Of a stretch of DNA of 64,000 bases, positions 8,503-18,513 are shown in pieces (the first letter of the stretch is position 1; each line of letters opens with the position of its first letter). The position numbers and the translations under genes are program-made. The notes beneath the pieces were generated by a model. It was not told the DNA's origin and ran no database searches. It saw only the letters and a program-made list of their open reading frames with translations. Origin of the DNA: an uncultured SAR86 cluster bacterium (GTDB taxonomy: Bacteria > Pseudomonadota > Gammaproteobacteria > Magnimaribacterales > D2472); NCBI GenBank assembly GCA_902601475.1, contig CACKNK010000001.1, positions 59,075 through 123,074 on the forward strand, written 5' to 3'.

Positions 8503-9432
8503 TCATTCATCAAAGGCTTGTTGACTCATGGATAAACAAATTTTATTAAATTCTTTGATGGTTTCAGAAATAATTTCTTTCACAGGCTTCATGCTGCTGA
8601 TTAATCCAACTGATTGGCCTGAAAGTGCAGGAGCTGCATTCATATTACCTCCAAAATATAAATCCTGAATATTCATCATTGCACTCATGTCCATCTCACC
8701 TGATTCATAAATAGGCTGGGTATAATCTGTTTTCAGTGCTCGAATACAAGGCTTGCCTTTTTTATTTAATATCCAAGTGCCCTGCTCATCGGAATCGATG
8801 ATGTAGTTTTTAAAGTTTTCATGCACTGGGCTTTCTTTACAGGAAACAAATCGAGTACCCATTTGAATGCCTTCAGCTCCAGCTGCAAATGCAGCTGCCA
8901 TTCCGCGTCCATCCACAATCCCTCCTGCAGCAACAATTGGCAAATTGGTGATATTTCTTATGGCTTGAATTAAGACAAATAGCCCAACTTCTTCAGGACT
9001 TTTAAAGCCGCCACCTTCAGTTCCCTCGACAACCAACCCATCAACACCTGCATCAACAGCTTTCTTTGCTCCTGCAACATTAGGCACAGCATGAAAGACT
9101 TTAATCCCTGCATTTTTGAGAATATGAATGTACTTAGCTGGATCGCCTGCGGAAGTGGTAACAAACTTAATGCCAGCATTTAAAACAACATCAATCATGG
9201 ATTCATCTTTTAAGAAAAGTAGCGGTAAATTTACTCCAAAAGGCTTATCCGTTAAGTCTGCCATTGCCATGATTTCATTCTTGCAGTTTTCAACTTCGCC
9301 TGAGGAGGTTTCAATGATGCCAAAGCCACCAGCATTCGATACTGCTGAAGCAAGCTTACTTCTAGCAATCCACCCCATAGGGGCTTGAATGATTGGATAT
9401 TTTGAGCCTAGGATCTGAGTTACTCTATTCAT
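8503..9432 (-). CDS. Nitronate monooxygenase / FabK-like FMN oxidoreductase (copy 1)
   Basis: TIM-barrel NMO motifs: PIIQAPMGWIA, FGVNL, AAGGIVDGRGMAAAFAAGAEGIQMGTRF. Confidence 0.75.
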   Translation of the reverse strand: MNRVTQILGSKYPIIQAPMGWIARSKLASAVSNAGGFGIIETSSGEVENCKNEIMAMADLTDKPFGVNLPLLFLKDESMIDVVLNAGIKFVTTSAGDPAKYIHILKNAGIKVFHAVPNVAGAKKAVDAGVDGLVVEGTEGGGFKSPEEVGLFVLIQAIRNITNLPIVAAGGIVDGRGMAAAFAAGAEGIQMGTRFVSCKESPVHENFKNYIIDSDEQGTWILNKKGKPCIRALKTDYTQPIYESGEMDMSAMMNIQDLYFGGNMNAAPALSGQSVGLISSMKPVKEIISETIKEFNKICLSMSQQAFDE

Positions 9433-9577
9433 TGTATTGAGGGGGTATTGGCATGTAGTATGTCACTATATTTAGACCCTAACAATCCTTTATTTCTATT
9501 ATACAAATTGCTAAGATGGCTTTATAAGTTTGATGAATAACATAGTCCCAATAATTAATCCCTAACACTACTCCAAA

Positions 9578-10483
9578 ATGAAAATTAGCTCCTTTGATTT
9601 GAACCTTTTTGTAATCATGAATGCTATTTATACAGAGGGAAGTTTAACCAAGGCAGCAGAGGTTGTTGGAATTACACAACCTGCGGTTTCAAATGCACTT
9701 GCTAGACTTAGGGAAAGATTTAATGATGACTTATTTGTTAGAACCGGGACAGGAATGGTTCCAACGCATAAAACTGAGCACATGATAAATGATGTCCAGC
9801 ATGCTTTGAGTCTGATGCAGAAGAGCGTGAATGAACCTGATGAATTCGATCCAAATACTTCTCAACGCACTTTTAGAATTTCTCTTGGTGATATTTCTGA
9901 AGGAAGAATATTGCCTTTTCTATTGGAAAGAATTAATAAAACTGCGCCAAAAATTGCAATTGAAAGTTTTTTCACAACACGTGAAGATTTAGTGCATGCA
10001 CTTGCCACCAATGAACTCAACTTTGCAATTGATCCCGTGATCCCTAGATCCAAGGATGTACTTTCAAAAAAAGTCTTTGAAGATAGGTTTGTTTGTGCGC
10101 ACAGAGCCAATCATCCACTCACAAAGCTGCCTAGTTTTGATATGGATGCGTTGCTTGGTCAAAAATTTATAAACATATCTAATCGTAAAAGAGGACCAGC
10201 TCTAATTGATGTTGAGTTATCAAAGATACAACTGCAACGTGAGGTTGCTCTTCGAGCACAGCACTTTCTAGTGACCCCAGAAATTGTTCGATCAACTGAT
10301 TTAGTATTGGTCTGTTCACAAAGTTTTGCTAAAAAACATGGGCTTCAATTCGAGGAGCTCCCCTTGGATGTCCCGCCCGTTGAACAGTATCTAATTTGGC
10401 ATAGCAGTGATGATAATGACGGTTCTCACATATGGATGAGAGAGCTCATCACTGAAGCTTTTGATGCCGCAAAAACAAGTTAA
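9578..10483 (+). CDS. LysR-family transcriptional regulator
   Basis: N-terminal wHTH (LNLFVIMNAIYTEGSLTKAAEVVGITQPAVSNALARLRERF) followed by a ~200-aa LTTR substrate-binding domain. It is divergent from the NMO-ACAD-sbcB array. Confidence 0.85.
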   Translation: MKISSFDLNLFVIMNAIYTEGSLTKAAEVVGITQPAVSNALARLRERFNDDLFVRTGTGMVPTHKTEHMINDVQHALSLMQKSVNEPDEFDPNTSQRTFRISLGDISEGRILPFLLERINKTAPKIAIESFFTTREDLVHALATNELNFAIDPVIPRSKDVLSKKVFEDRFVCAHRANHPLTKLPSFDMDALLGQKFINISNRKRGPALIDVELSKIQLQREVALRAQHFLVTPEIVRSTDLVLVCSQSFAKKHGLQFEELPLDVPPVEQYLIWHSSDDNDGSHIWMRELITEAFDAAKTS

Positions 10484-11097
10484 TTTTTTCCAGCAATACC
10501 GTAATAATTAAAACAGGCTATTTTTGGTCCTTTAATATATTTCTTTTGCAATTGATCAAACTTAAATCCTGACCTTAAAATCATATCTTCAGTATTACGA
10601 TTTATATTGCAGCCCCCTGCCAATTTACTCCAAATTGGGTTTATTCTGTGTTGCCATCTGCGCACTGACTCTTCTGGAGAAATACCGTGCTCTGTAAAAA
10701 ATAACTTACCATTGGATTTAAGAACTCTTTTAATTTCTTTTAGTGCTTTAATCGGATCGGGGATAGTGCATAAGCTGTAGCCCACAACAACTGAGTCAAA
10801 GGTACTATCTTCAAAAGCAATTTCTTCAGCAGAGCCTTCCATAACCTCAACAGGAATATTCATCTCAATAATTCTTTTATTTGCAATTTCAAGAGAACTA
10901 ATTGCTGGGTCAATACCTCTAACTGAGCTAACTTTATCAAAATCATAAAACTCAAAATTTAAACCAGTGCCAACGCCAATTTCTAAAACCTCTCCTGATG
11001 CATGAGGGAATATTTGTGCGCGCTTGTTTTGAAATCCTTGTTGCGAGCAAACACAATCAAGAAACTTGGGGAGAATATATGTTTCGTAAAAACTCAT
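10480..11097 (-). CDS. Class I SAM-dependent methyltransferase
   Basis: Motif I VLEIGVGTG, plus post-I and motif II/III spacing (FDSVVVGYSLC ... LKSNGKLFF). Confidence 0.75.
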   Translation of the reverse strand: MSFYETYILPKFLDCVCSQQGFQNKRAQIFPHASGEVLEIGVGTGLNFEFYDFDKVSSVRGIDPAISSLEIANKRIIEMNIPVEVMEGSAEEIAFEDSTFDSVVVGYSLCTIPDPIKALKEIKRVLKSNGKLFFTEHGISPEESVRRWQHRINPIWSKLAGGCNINRNTEDMILRSGFKFDQLQKKYIKGPKIACFNYYGIAGKN

Positions 11098-11897
11098 CCG
11101 CCGCTTAAATCATGACCTGATCTTGCAACCAATCCTCCGTCGCAAGTGATTGTTTCGCCAACGGTAAAAGCTCCCGCTCTGGAACATAAAAATATTGTCA
11201 ATCCAGCAATATCTTCTGGAGTACCCACTCTGCTTCTTGGGTTTGCTTTCGCAATACCTGAGTAATCATGGCCAACTGCGGGCCCAAGCATATTGCTTGG
11301 AAACGGACCCGGAGCAATTGCATTCACAATGATATCTTCCTTTACTAATTTTGCTGAAAGCACTCTTGTTAAATGATGCACTGCTGCTTTTGAAGGCCCA
11401 TAGGGATAGGTTTCAAATACTGGAGTATTAATGCCATCAATTGATCCCACATTGATAATTCTTGAGGGGTCCTCATTATTGGCATTAGCCCTGAGAAGTG
11501 GTAAGAATTGTTGAGTGACAAAAAATAGGCTTTTTACATTCAAATCCATCACACGATCCCACCCTTCCTCAGAAAATGTATCTAGAGGTTCTGCCCATGC
11601 AGCGCCAGCATTATTAATTAAAAAATTTACAGAAGATTCTCTGGTTTTTAATTCATCTGCAAACTCAACAATGCCACCATGAGAACTTAAATCTGAAGGT
11701 ATTGCAATGCACTCTTGTCCGTATTGATCAGAGAGCTCTTTAGCCTTATCAATTAATGGTCCTGCTTTTCTAGCAGTTATATAAACTTTAACCCCATTAG
11801 CCAAAAAGCCTGCCGTAATCATCTCACCTATGCCTCTTGATCCACCGGTGACAACCGCTGTTTTGCCATTAATACTAAATAATTGATCTAACTTCAT
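11094..11897 (-). CDS. SDR family oxidoreductase
   Basis: TGGSRGIG cofactor motif, NNAG, catalytic YGPSKAA. Confidence 0.8.
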   Translation of the reverse strand: MKLDQLFSINGKTAVVTGGSRGIGEMITAGFLANGVKVYITARKAGPLIDKAKELSDQYGQECIAIPSDLSSHGGIVEFADELKTRESSVNFLINNAGAAWAEPLDTFSEEGWDRVMDLNVKSLFFVTQQFLPLLRANANNEDPSRIINVGSIDGINTPVFETYPYGPSKAAVHHLTRVLSAKLVKEDIIVNAIAPGPFPSNMLGPAVGHDYSGIAKANPRSRVGTPEDIAGLTIFLCSRAGAFTVGETITCDGGLVARSGHDLSGG

Positions 11898-11965
11898 CGT
11901 GTTCCTTATTTTGTTTCCTGTTGAATCTAATATTAATTCTTTGTATTTGCAATTAAAATGCTCAG

Positions 11966-12910
11966 ATGTTGTTACTGCATAATTTTCTTATTCTTTGTTT
12001 TGGATTGGCTATTCTTATTTGGGGTGCGGATAGATTTGTGGCTCAATCATCAATCATTGCAAAAAGAATTGGGGTCAGTGATTTAATCATTGGATTAACT
12101 CTGGTTGCATTTGGCACCTCAGCTCCTGAGATCTTCATTGGTATCTCGGGTATTTTTAATGAAAGTGCAGCTTTATCGCTTGGCACGGTCATGGGATCAA
12201 ACATTTCAAATATTGCTTTAATATTTGGTATTGCTTGCTTTTCTCTTAGGAAACAAATCACTGATTCTTTGATCAACCTACTGCCATTTGTTATTTCAGT
12301 TGTATGGTTAGGAATTGCTTTATTTAATGGAAAAATAAATCATATTGAAGCAATTGTTTTTATCGGGATATTAGGTCTCTTCCTTTTCACCCTTTTCAAA
12401 TCAAATGATTTAAACGAAGAAAATATTCAAAATCAGGCCAGCAGCATATTTAAAGATATCTTTTGGCTATCAATAGGATTAATTGGATTAATTTTTGGAT
12501 CACATCTTTCTGTTACACATGCCGAGAATATTGCTGTAATTCTAGGGGTCCCTGAAATGATTATTGGCTTAACAATCCTTGCCCTAGGTACAAGCCTTCC
12601 AGAGTTAGCTGCAAGTGTTGCTGCTTTAGTAAAAAAGAAAGCTCAGATGGTGGTGGGTAACATCATCGGTTCAAATATATTCAATCTTGTGTTTGTCGTT
12701 CCAATGATTGGATTTTTTTCTACTTTAACCCTGGAAGATACTATCTTTGTAAGAGATTTTCTGGTTTTAGCTCTTCTAAGTACTACTTTTTTAGCAGCAA
12801 TTATAGTGCTTAAATTTGCTGCCTTTAAGGGATGGTTAATGAAACTCTTTGGTTTAACTTTCGTTAGTGGCTACATCGCCTACATCATGCTTCTGAGCGG
12901 GCTGATTTAA
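11966..12910 (+). CDS. yrbG: Ca2+/Na+ antiporter (CaCA family, YrbG-like)
   Basis: Two alpha-repeats with GTSAPE and GTSLPELAAS signatures, about 10 TM segments. Confidence 0.75.
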   Translation: MLLLHNFLILCFGLAILIWGADRFVAQSSIIAKRIGVSDLIIGLTLVAFGTSAPEIFIGISGIFNESAALSLGTVMGSNISNIALIFGIACFSLRKQITDSLINLLPFVISVVWLGIALFNGKINHIEAIVFIGILGLFLFTLFKSNDLNEENIQNQASSIFKDIFWLSIGLIGLIFGSHLSVTHAENIAVILGVPEMIIGLTILALGTSLPELAASVAALVKKKAQMVVGNIIGSNIFNLVFVVPMIGFFSTLTLEDTIFVRDFLVLALLSTTFLAAIIVLKFAAFKGWLMKLFGLTFVSGYIAYIMLLSGLI

Positions 12911-13315
12911 GGTCCTCAAATAGATCATAAAAAATATTGAAATAAAGAAAGTTGCTACTTCAAAAATAAAAAAGCTATTTAAAAAACCTGGTGCTGTAGG
13001 TATTAAAGATAAAAGATAACGGCCGGCTGCAATTGAGAAGGTTAAAAAGGCTAGTATAAATAGTGCTTTATTGGCTAAATATTTACTAAAAAGCCCGAGC
13101 AAACAAAATATTCCTACCATTAAGTTTATTCCTCCGTACAATCCTGCTACCTCAGAATAGCCTATTGGTGCTGATACGCTAAGACCAACAGCCAACATAA
13201 AAGAAGGGATATCAAATTCTAAAATTTCTCTAACAGGTTCAATAACGGCCCAAGCACCTATTCCAAAATAAAGAATAAAATATAAAAATAAGTAAATTCT
13301 TAAAAGCCAGATCAT
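12854..13315 (-). CDS. Small integral membrane protein (possibly DUF4345-like)
   Basis: Four hydrophobic segments and no recognised catalytic motif. The 3' end overlaps the convergent yrbG-like gene by 57 nt. Confidence 0.4.
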   Translation of the reverse strand: MIWLLRIYLFLYFILYFGIGAWAVIEPVREILEFDIPSFMLAVGLSVSAPIGYSEVAGLYGGINLMVGIFCLLGLFSKYLANKALFILAFLTFSIAAGRYLLSLIPTAPGFLNSFFIFEVATFFISIFFMIYLRTLNQPAQKHDVGDVATNES

Positions 13316-13318
13316 TAT

Positions 13319-13711
13319 CTAAAAAATTTCATTTTTACGCTTATTGTGAGCCCTTCTCACAAGCAGTATGCCTAGGGTAGTGATTATAAAGAAAACCACA
13401 CTAATTGTATGAACCCCCATGGTAAAAAATGAAATAAATAATGTTAATGCCCATGCACTGTAAGAAACGAAGATTGGCCAAATTGGCGAGGTAGGATTTC
13501 TTCCAGAAAAATACCTAACAACAAAATACAGCATAGTAAGATAAAAAGCTGGCATAACGGTTCTGTGCCTAAATTCATCGAGTAGTTCAGGATCAATGCC
13601 AACCGCGAAGTAAGGCACATCAAAAGAATCGTAGAAGAAAATTAAACCAATTGCCTGGACTCCAATCCAAGTGGAGGCAACAATTATAAAGATGTTTGTA
13701 AGCCTATCCAT
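13319..13711 (-). CDS. Small integral membrane protein, unknown function
   Basis: Four predicted TM helices. It lies 3 nt upstream of the next membrane-protein gene. Confidence 0.4.
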   Translation of the reverse strand: MDRLTNIFIIVASTWIGVQAIGLIFFYDSFDVPYFAVGIDPELLDEFRHRTVMPAFYLTMLYFVVRYFSGRNPTSPIWPIFVSYSAWALTLFISFFTMGVHTISVVFFIITTLGILLVRRAHNKRKNEIF

Positions 13712-13755
13712 AATTCAAACCACTCTTGTAAAATATTACTTTTTACAGCGAAATT

Positions 13756-14151
13756 GTGCTTATGAATAACCAATTTAGTGGAAGAATAGAAAATCCTCAA
13801 GTTATTGAAGAACTCATTGCAGATAAAAATTCAAATAAATTGTTTGTTTTCGGCGCAAATTGGTGCCCGGATGCTATGAATTTACTGCAAAAACTTAACG
13901 ATACAAGCGTAAAAAAAGTCCTTGATAATGAGTTTATTACCTACTTCATAGATGTTGAAAAATATTCAATCAATATGGAAATTTATAAATCTTTTGGTCT
14001 GGACGCAATTGAAGGCATACCTAGAGTTTTTTTGGTAAGTAAAAGTGGGAGAGTCTTAAATTTAGATACCAATGATCATTGGAGAGATTCGAGAAATATT
14101 CCTGATACAGAATTTGTAAAGTACTTACAAAGCTTTAGCCCTGAATTATAA
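13756..14151 (+). CDS. Thioredoxin-fold protein (single-Cys WCPDA motif)
   Basis: LFVFGANWCPDAMNL sits at the position of a thioredoxin WCxxC motif, but with only one Cys. The thioredoxin-like length fits. The ATG at 13762 is an alternative start to the GTG at 13756. Confidence 0.45.
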   Translation: MLMNNQFSGRIENPQVIEELIADKNSNKLFVFGANWCPDAMNLLQKLNDTSVKKVLDNEFITYFIDVEKYSINMEIYKSFGLDAIEGIPRVFLVSKSGRVLNLDTNDHWRDSRNIPDTEFVKYLQSFSPEL

Positions 14152-14158
14152 ATTAATG

Positions 14159-16243
14159 TTAATCCTCAGCAGCCTCTTGTGTTACCCCGGTTAGTTTTGC
14201 CTGTGAAATGATGTAAGCTTGAATTTGGTTTGCCTGCTCGAGACTTAAAACGTCTTTAAATGATGCCATTCCTTTTTCTGAATGCATGCCTCCCAAAATA
14301 ACTCCCAAGAAAGTTTTGTGGCCGACTTCATCCAGATACCTTAAGTCCGGAATAACCCCACCTCCAATAACTCCTGCACCATGACAAAACTGGCAATGTT
14401 CATGATATTCATACTCGCCTCGGGCAATAGTCAGGGCATCTGTTGTCATTGAAGGTACAACCGGATTAACTTTTGCAATGGATTGAACTGGCGGACTCAT
14501 CTTCTCTCCACCCAACTTAAAAACAAGCATGCGACCATTTTGTGCTGGATTTTTATTTGCAGATGGAAATGCTCCCGCTAAGGCATAAGCTCCTCCATAA
14601 CCAACTTGAACAGCAATATATTGCTCTTCATCAATCATGTATGTGATCGGTGGGGCGATTATTCCTTGCCCAGTATCGACACTCCACAGCATCTCCCCGG
14701 AGGCAGCATCAAAAGCAATAAATCTTCCATCAGAAGTTCCTTGAAGTACCAAGTCTCCAGCAGTTGATAAAAGTCCACCGCTCCACGGTCTTTGATACTG
14801 TTCTCGCCAAACTTCTTTTTGAGCGACTGGATCCCAAGCCAGTAAATACCCAAATGTAGCTTTGTCAACCATAGCCAACTCATCTGGATTTTTAGGTAAA
14901 TAAGTCATTTCAACCTGTTGACCTGTATTCCACGTCTTTCGATTGTATTTAAAGTCCTTATCATGACTGTAAACAAAAAGCATTTCTTGAGCTGGAATGT
15001 AAACAAGCCCAGTATCAGGATTAAAAGCCATGGGTTGCCAATTATGACCGCCAAGTGGACCTGGGGTTGTTAATGCTGGAGTATTAAAATAATTATTTGC
15101 AGGATTTTCAATCGGTCTTCCTGTCTCCATATCAACATGAGTTGCCCAGTTAATTGGCACATAATTTTCAGCTGATATTAATTCTCCATTCGTTCGATCA
15201 ATAACATAAAAGAAACCATTTTTTGGAGCCTGCATGATTACTTTTCGGATTTGGCCATTAATTTCAAGATCAGCAAGGATCATATGTTGAGTAGCTGTGT
15301 AATCCCATGAATCCCCAGGCGTGGTCTGATAATGCCACTTATAATCTCCCGTATCAGGATCAAGGGCTACGATGGATGATAGGTATAAATTATCACCTCC
15401 TCCAGGACTTCTGACATATCTATTCCATGGCGAACCATTACCTGTACCAATATACAAAGTATCTAGAACTGGATCATAAGCCATAGAATCCCAAACAGTT
15501 CCTCCACCGCCGTATTCCCACCATTTTCCACCAGACCAGGTTTTGGCAGCTATCTCCATTTCAGGAGATTCAAAAGGCTCATTAGGGTTACCTGGAACAG
15601 TATAAAATCTCCATAATTCATCACCACTATCGACGTCATAGGCAGTAACATAGCCTCTTACTCCAAACTCACCACCACCGTTACCAATAATCACATTACC
15701 CTTAACAATTCTAGGAGCTCCAGTGATAGTGTATGGCCATGATTTATCTATTGTTAAAATGCTCCAATTTTCATTACCAGTATCTTTATCTAATGAAATT
15801 AATCTGCCATCTAACGTCCCAAAAAAGATAGAGTTTTCATAAAGAGCTACGCCTCTATTAACGACATCGCAGCAAGCATTATTTGCCCACGCACGTTCAA
15901 CCTGTGGATCATGAGTCCATAGCAAATCACCCGTTTTTGCATCCAATGCATGCACTACACTCCATGGCGCTGTTATAAACATGACTCCATCTTTTACAAT
16001 CGGAGTAGTTTCATGACCTCGATTTGTGCCGGTTTCAAAAGACCAAGATAACCCAATCTGATCTACGTTAGAGGTATTAATTTGATCCAATGGGCTGTGC
16101 CTTTCTTCTGCATAAGTTCTCCCATGCAATAACCACTCATTTGGACTGGAGTTAAAATCTACAAGTGGATTTTTTGAATCAACTGACTCGCTACAGCTGA
16201 AAATTAAAAACAGTAATGGCAGGACAAGGAAATGATTTTTCAT
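14159..16243 (-). CDS. PQQ-dependent quinohemoprotein alcohol dehydrogenase (type II), predicted lipoprotein
   Basis: Eight-bladed propeller W-repeats, vicinal Cys pair (NNACCDVVNRG) typical of PQQ-ADHs, C-terminal cytochrome c domain with CQFCHG, N-terminal lipobox (LIFSC). Confidence 0.85.
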   Translation of the reverse strand: MKNHFLVLPLLFLIFSCSESVDSKNPLVDFNSSPNEWLLHGRTYAEERHSPLDQINTSNVDQIGLSWSFETGTNRGHETTPIVKDGVMFITAPWSVVHALDAKTGDLLWTHDPQVERAWANNACCDVVNRGVALYENSIFFGTLDGRLISLDKDTGNENWSILTIDKSWPYTITGAPRIVKGNVIIGNGGGEFGVRGYVTAYDVDSGDELWRFYTVPGNPNEPFESPEMEIAAKTWSGGKWWEYGGGGTVWDSMAYDPVLDTLYIGTGNGSPWNRYVRSPGGGDNLYLSSIVALDPDTGDYKWHYQTTPGDSWDYTATQHMILADLEINGQIRKVIMQAPKNGFFYVIDRTNGELISAENYVPINWATHVDMETGRPIENPANNYFNTPALTTPGPLGGHNWQPMAFNPDTGLVYIPAQEMLFVYSHDKDFKYNRKTWNTGQQVEMTYLPKNPDELAMVDKATFGYLLAWDPVAQKEVWREQYQRPWSGGLLSTAGDLVLQGTSDGRFIAFDAASGEMLWSVDTGQGIIAPPITYMIDEEQYIAVQVGYGGAYALAGAFPSANKNPAQNGRMLVFKLGGEKMSPPVQSIAKVNPVVPSMTTDALTIARGEYEYHEHCQFCHGAGVIGGGVIPDLRYLDEVGHKTFLGVILGGMHSEKGMASFKDVLSLEQANQIQAYIISQAKLTGVTQEAAED

Positions 16244-16293
16244 ACTAAGATTCTAGCAAAAAAATCATTGTTATTTAATTTATGAAGATCTAA

Positions 16294-17574
16294 TTATTTT
16301 GCTAACTTTTTTAGTCTTGATGATAGTAGATTTAACTTTAAATTATTTGCAGACCCGACCGATGAAAAATTTGTTTTTGAAGACAAACTTTTATGCTTGT
16401 TGGGATTATTCTTTACAGACCTATAAGCATCCCTAAAAGGTATGCCTTGCTGAACGAGCGCATTTGCCTGATCAGTCATTTGCATATCAGAGTCAATCAT
16501 CTCTGCAGCTCTCTTTTTATTGATTTTTAATGATTTGATTAATGCAGGTGCCAGAGAAAATGAAGATTCGCATATATTAAATGCATTAATGATTGCTCCT
16601 TTAGATATCTGCAAATCCCTGTGATAGCCGCTAGGAAGTGAAATCAAGTTCTCAATTTCAGCATAATAACCTGCCAGTTTTGCATAATTGGCTCTCATTA
16701 TCTCTACGGTATCGGGGTTTGACTTATTGGGCATAATAGAAGATCCGGTTGTAAATTCCTTACCAATCTCAATTAAATTAAATTCAGTTGAAGTAAATAA
16801 GCTCAAATCCCATGATAATTTTCTTAAATCCAAGAAAGGTTGCTTCAAAGCACCTAAAATTTCTAAATCCATTTTGCCTCTGCTATTTTGAACATATAAA
16901 GCATTCACTTGAGGTCTTCTGAAGCCTAGCTTCTTGGTTGAGAGCTCTCTTTTGATAGGTAAATTAACTCCATAGCCTGCAGCCGTTCCAAGGGGATTGA
17001 TATTAGTCCAATCTGAGATTGCATCCAATAACTCAACATCATCTAAAAATGCTTCCACATAAGAAGAAAACCATAACCCCCATGTTGATGGCATTGCTCT
17101 TTGCAAGTGGGTATAACCAGGCATTGGCAAATTTTCATTTTGCTTTGACTTCCTTAAAAGTTCTTTCGCGAGCTTTAGCACTAAATCCCTTAAAATTTTT
17201 AAATAGTGTTGTTGATAAAGTCTGAGGGCAACCAGTACCTGATCATTTCTACTTCTACCGGTATGTATCTTCTTGCCAATATCTCCAAGCTCCTTGATTA
17301 ATAGATATTCAATAGCCGAATGGCAGTCTTCAAATTTTTTATTAAGAGTGAGCTTGCCAGATAAAAAATCTTTTTTAATTTTCTTTAGCTCTCTTTTTAA
17401 CAAAGAAGCTTCATTTCCTGTAAGTAGATTTATTGCAAGCAATTCCTCAGTGTGCGCAATGGATGCATCTACATCAAATATAAATATCTCATTATCAAGA
17501 TGTATGTCTTCACCACTTAAAAAAGTATCTACTTTTTGATTTATTTTTTGATTCTTGGAATTCCAAATTTTCAT
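16294..17574 (-). CDS. argH: Argininosuccinate lyase
   Basis: Fumarate-lyase signature GSSIMPNKSNPD, HTGRSRNDQV and TWGLW blocks. Last gene of the arg cluster. Confidence 0.85.
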   Translation of the reverse strand: MKIWNSKNQKINQKVDTFLSGEDIHLDNEIFIFDVDASIAHTEELLAINLLTGNEASLLKRELKKIKKDFLSGKLTLNKKFEDCHSAIEYLLIKELGDIGKKIHTGRSRNDQVLVALRLYQQHYLKILRDLVLKLAKELLRKSKQNENLPMPGYTHLQRAMPSTWGLWFSSYVEAFLDDVELLDAISDWTNINPLGTAAGYGVNLPIKRELSTKKLGFRRPQVNALYVQNSRGKMDLEILGALKQPFLDLRKLSWDLSLFTSTEFNLIEIGKEFTTGSSIMPNKSNPDTVEIMRANYAKLAGYYAEIENLISLPSGYHRDLQISKGAIINAFNICESSFSLAPALIKSLKINKKRAAEMIDSDMQMTDQANALVQQGIPFRDAYRSVKNNPNKHKSLSSKTNFSSVGSANNLKLNLLSSRLKKLAK

Positions 17575-17588
17575 AGTTTCTATCTCAT

Positions 17589-18512
17589 CTACAGTCCTAA
17601 TTTTTCGTCAAAATTCATTGCATTGTTTAAATTTTGTATGGCTTGTGATGCCGCTCCTTTTAGTAGATTATCAATTGAACAACAAAAGCTTAATCGATTT
17701 TTTGATCCATCAATATTAAATCCACCTATCATGGCATTGGGTGTGTTGATGACCTCTGATATCGAGGGGAATTCATCTTTTATAACTATAAAAGAATACT
17801 CACCATAAAAATCATCAAAGATATTCCTAATCTCTTGTGAAGAATATTTGCTCATTAGAGAAAAATTTCCAGTGATTAAAATTCCTCTAAAGAAATCTGC
17901 TACGTGGGGCATAAAGTTTATTTCCCTTTGCATATGAAAACTTACCTCTTTTTCATGAATATGATTATTAAGCGAATAGGGAATAATGTTATTTTTTAAT
18001 TTATCAGGATCATTTCTATCATTTGGAGTTGCACCCGCTCCGCTGTATCCAGAAATCCCAAAAAAATTTACCTCTCCATCTATCATTTTATTTATGGGTG
18101 CAAGCATCAATTGCATTGCTGTTGCATAGCAACCTGGATTGCTTATCTTATTTCCATCAATAGTCTGAGTTAACTCAGGAACACTGTAGTGCCATTCACC
18201 ATCAAAACGATGATCGGCACTCAAATCAAGAATGATAGCTTGCGAGTTTTGTTTAGAAATCTTGTCAGCCCATTTGGCAGCTTTATTGTTTGGAAGAGCC
18301 AGAATAAAGGCATCTTCCTCAACAAACTCAGTATTTTCATTAAGTGAAGCATAATTTTTTTTAAGCTTATGCTCATCGATCATGATTTCCTCGCCTGCCA
18401 CTGATGATGAAAATGCTTGTGCAAGTTCAAATTCAGGATGAGATTCAATAAGCTTGATAATCTCTTGGCCGGTAAATCCTCTTCCTCCAATGATGCTAAT
18501 TTTCTTTGACAT
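17589..18512 (-). CDS. argC: N-acetyl-gamma-glutamyl-phosphate reductase
   Basis: IIGGRGFTGQE Rossmann motif and active-site PGCYAT. I moved the start to the ATG at 18512 (MSKKISIIGG), 1 nt after the upstream stop. The track ORF extends 17 codons into the upstream gene. Confidence 0.85.
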   Translation of the reverse strand: MSKKISIIGGRGFTGQEIIKLIESHPEFELAQAFSSSVAGEEIMIDEHKLKKNYASLNENTEFVEEDAFILALPNNKAAKWADKISKQNSQAIILDLSADHRFDGEWHYSVPELTQTIDGNKISNPGCYATAMQLMLAPINKMIDGEVNFFGISGYSGAGATPNDRNDPDKLKNNIIPYSLNNHIHEKEVSFHMQREINFMPHVADFFRGILITGNFSLMSKYSSQEIRNIFDDFYGEYSFIVIKDEFPSISEVINTPNAMIGGFNIDGSKNRLSFCCSIDNLLKGAASQAIQNLNNAMNFDEKLGL

Positions 18513-18513
18513 G

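Noticed and set aside
9456-9468. TAGT-N5-ACTA (a T-N11-A motif) as the LysR binding site in the LysR/NMO intergenic region
   Set aside because: T-N11-A with a 4-bp dyad occurs frequently by chance in AT-rich DNA. It lies only 24-36 nt from the NMO start codon, which is atypical for an LTTR regulatory site. This is not enough evidence to annotate it.
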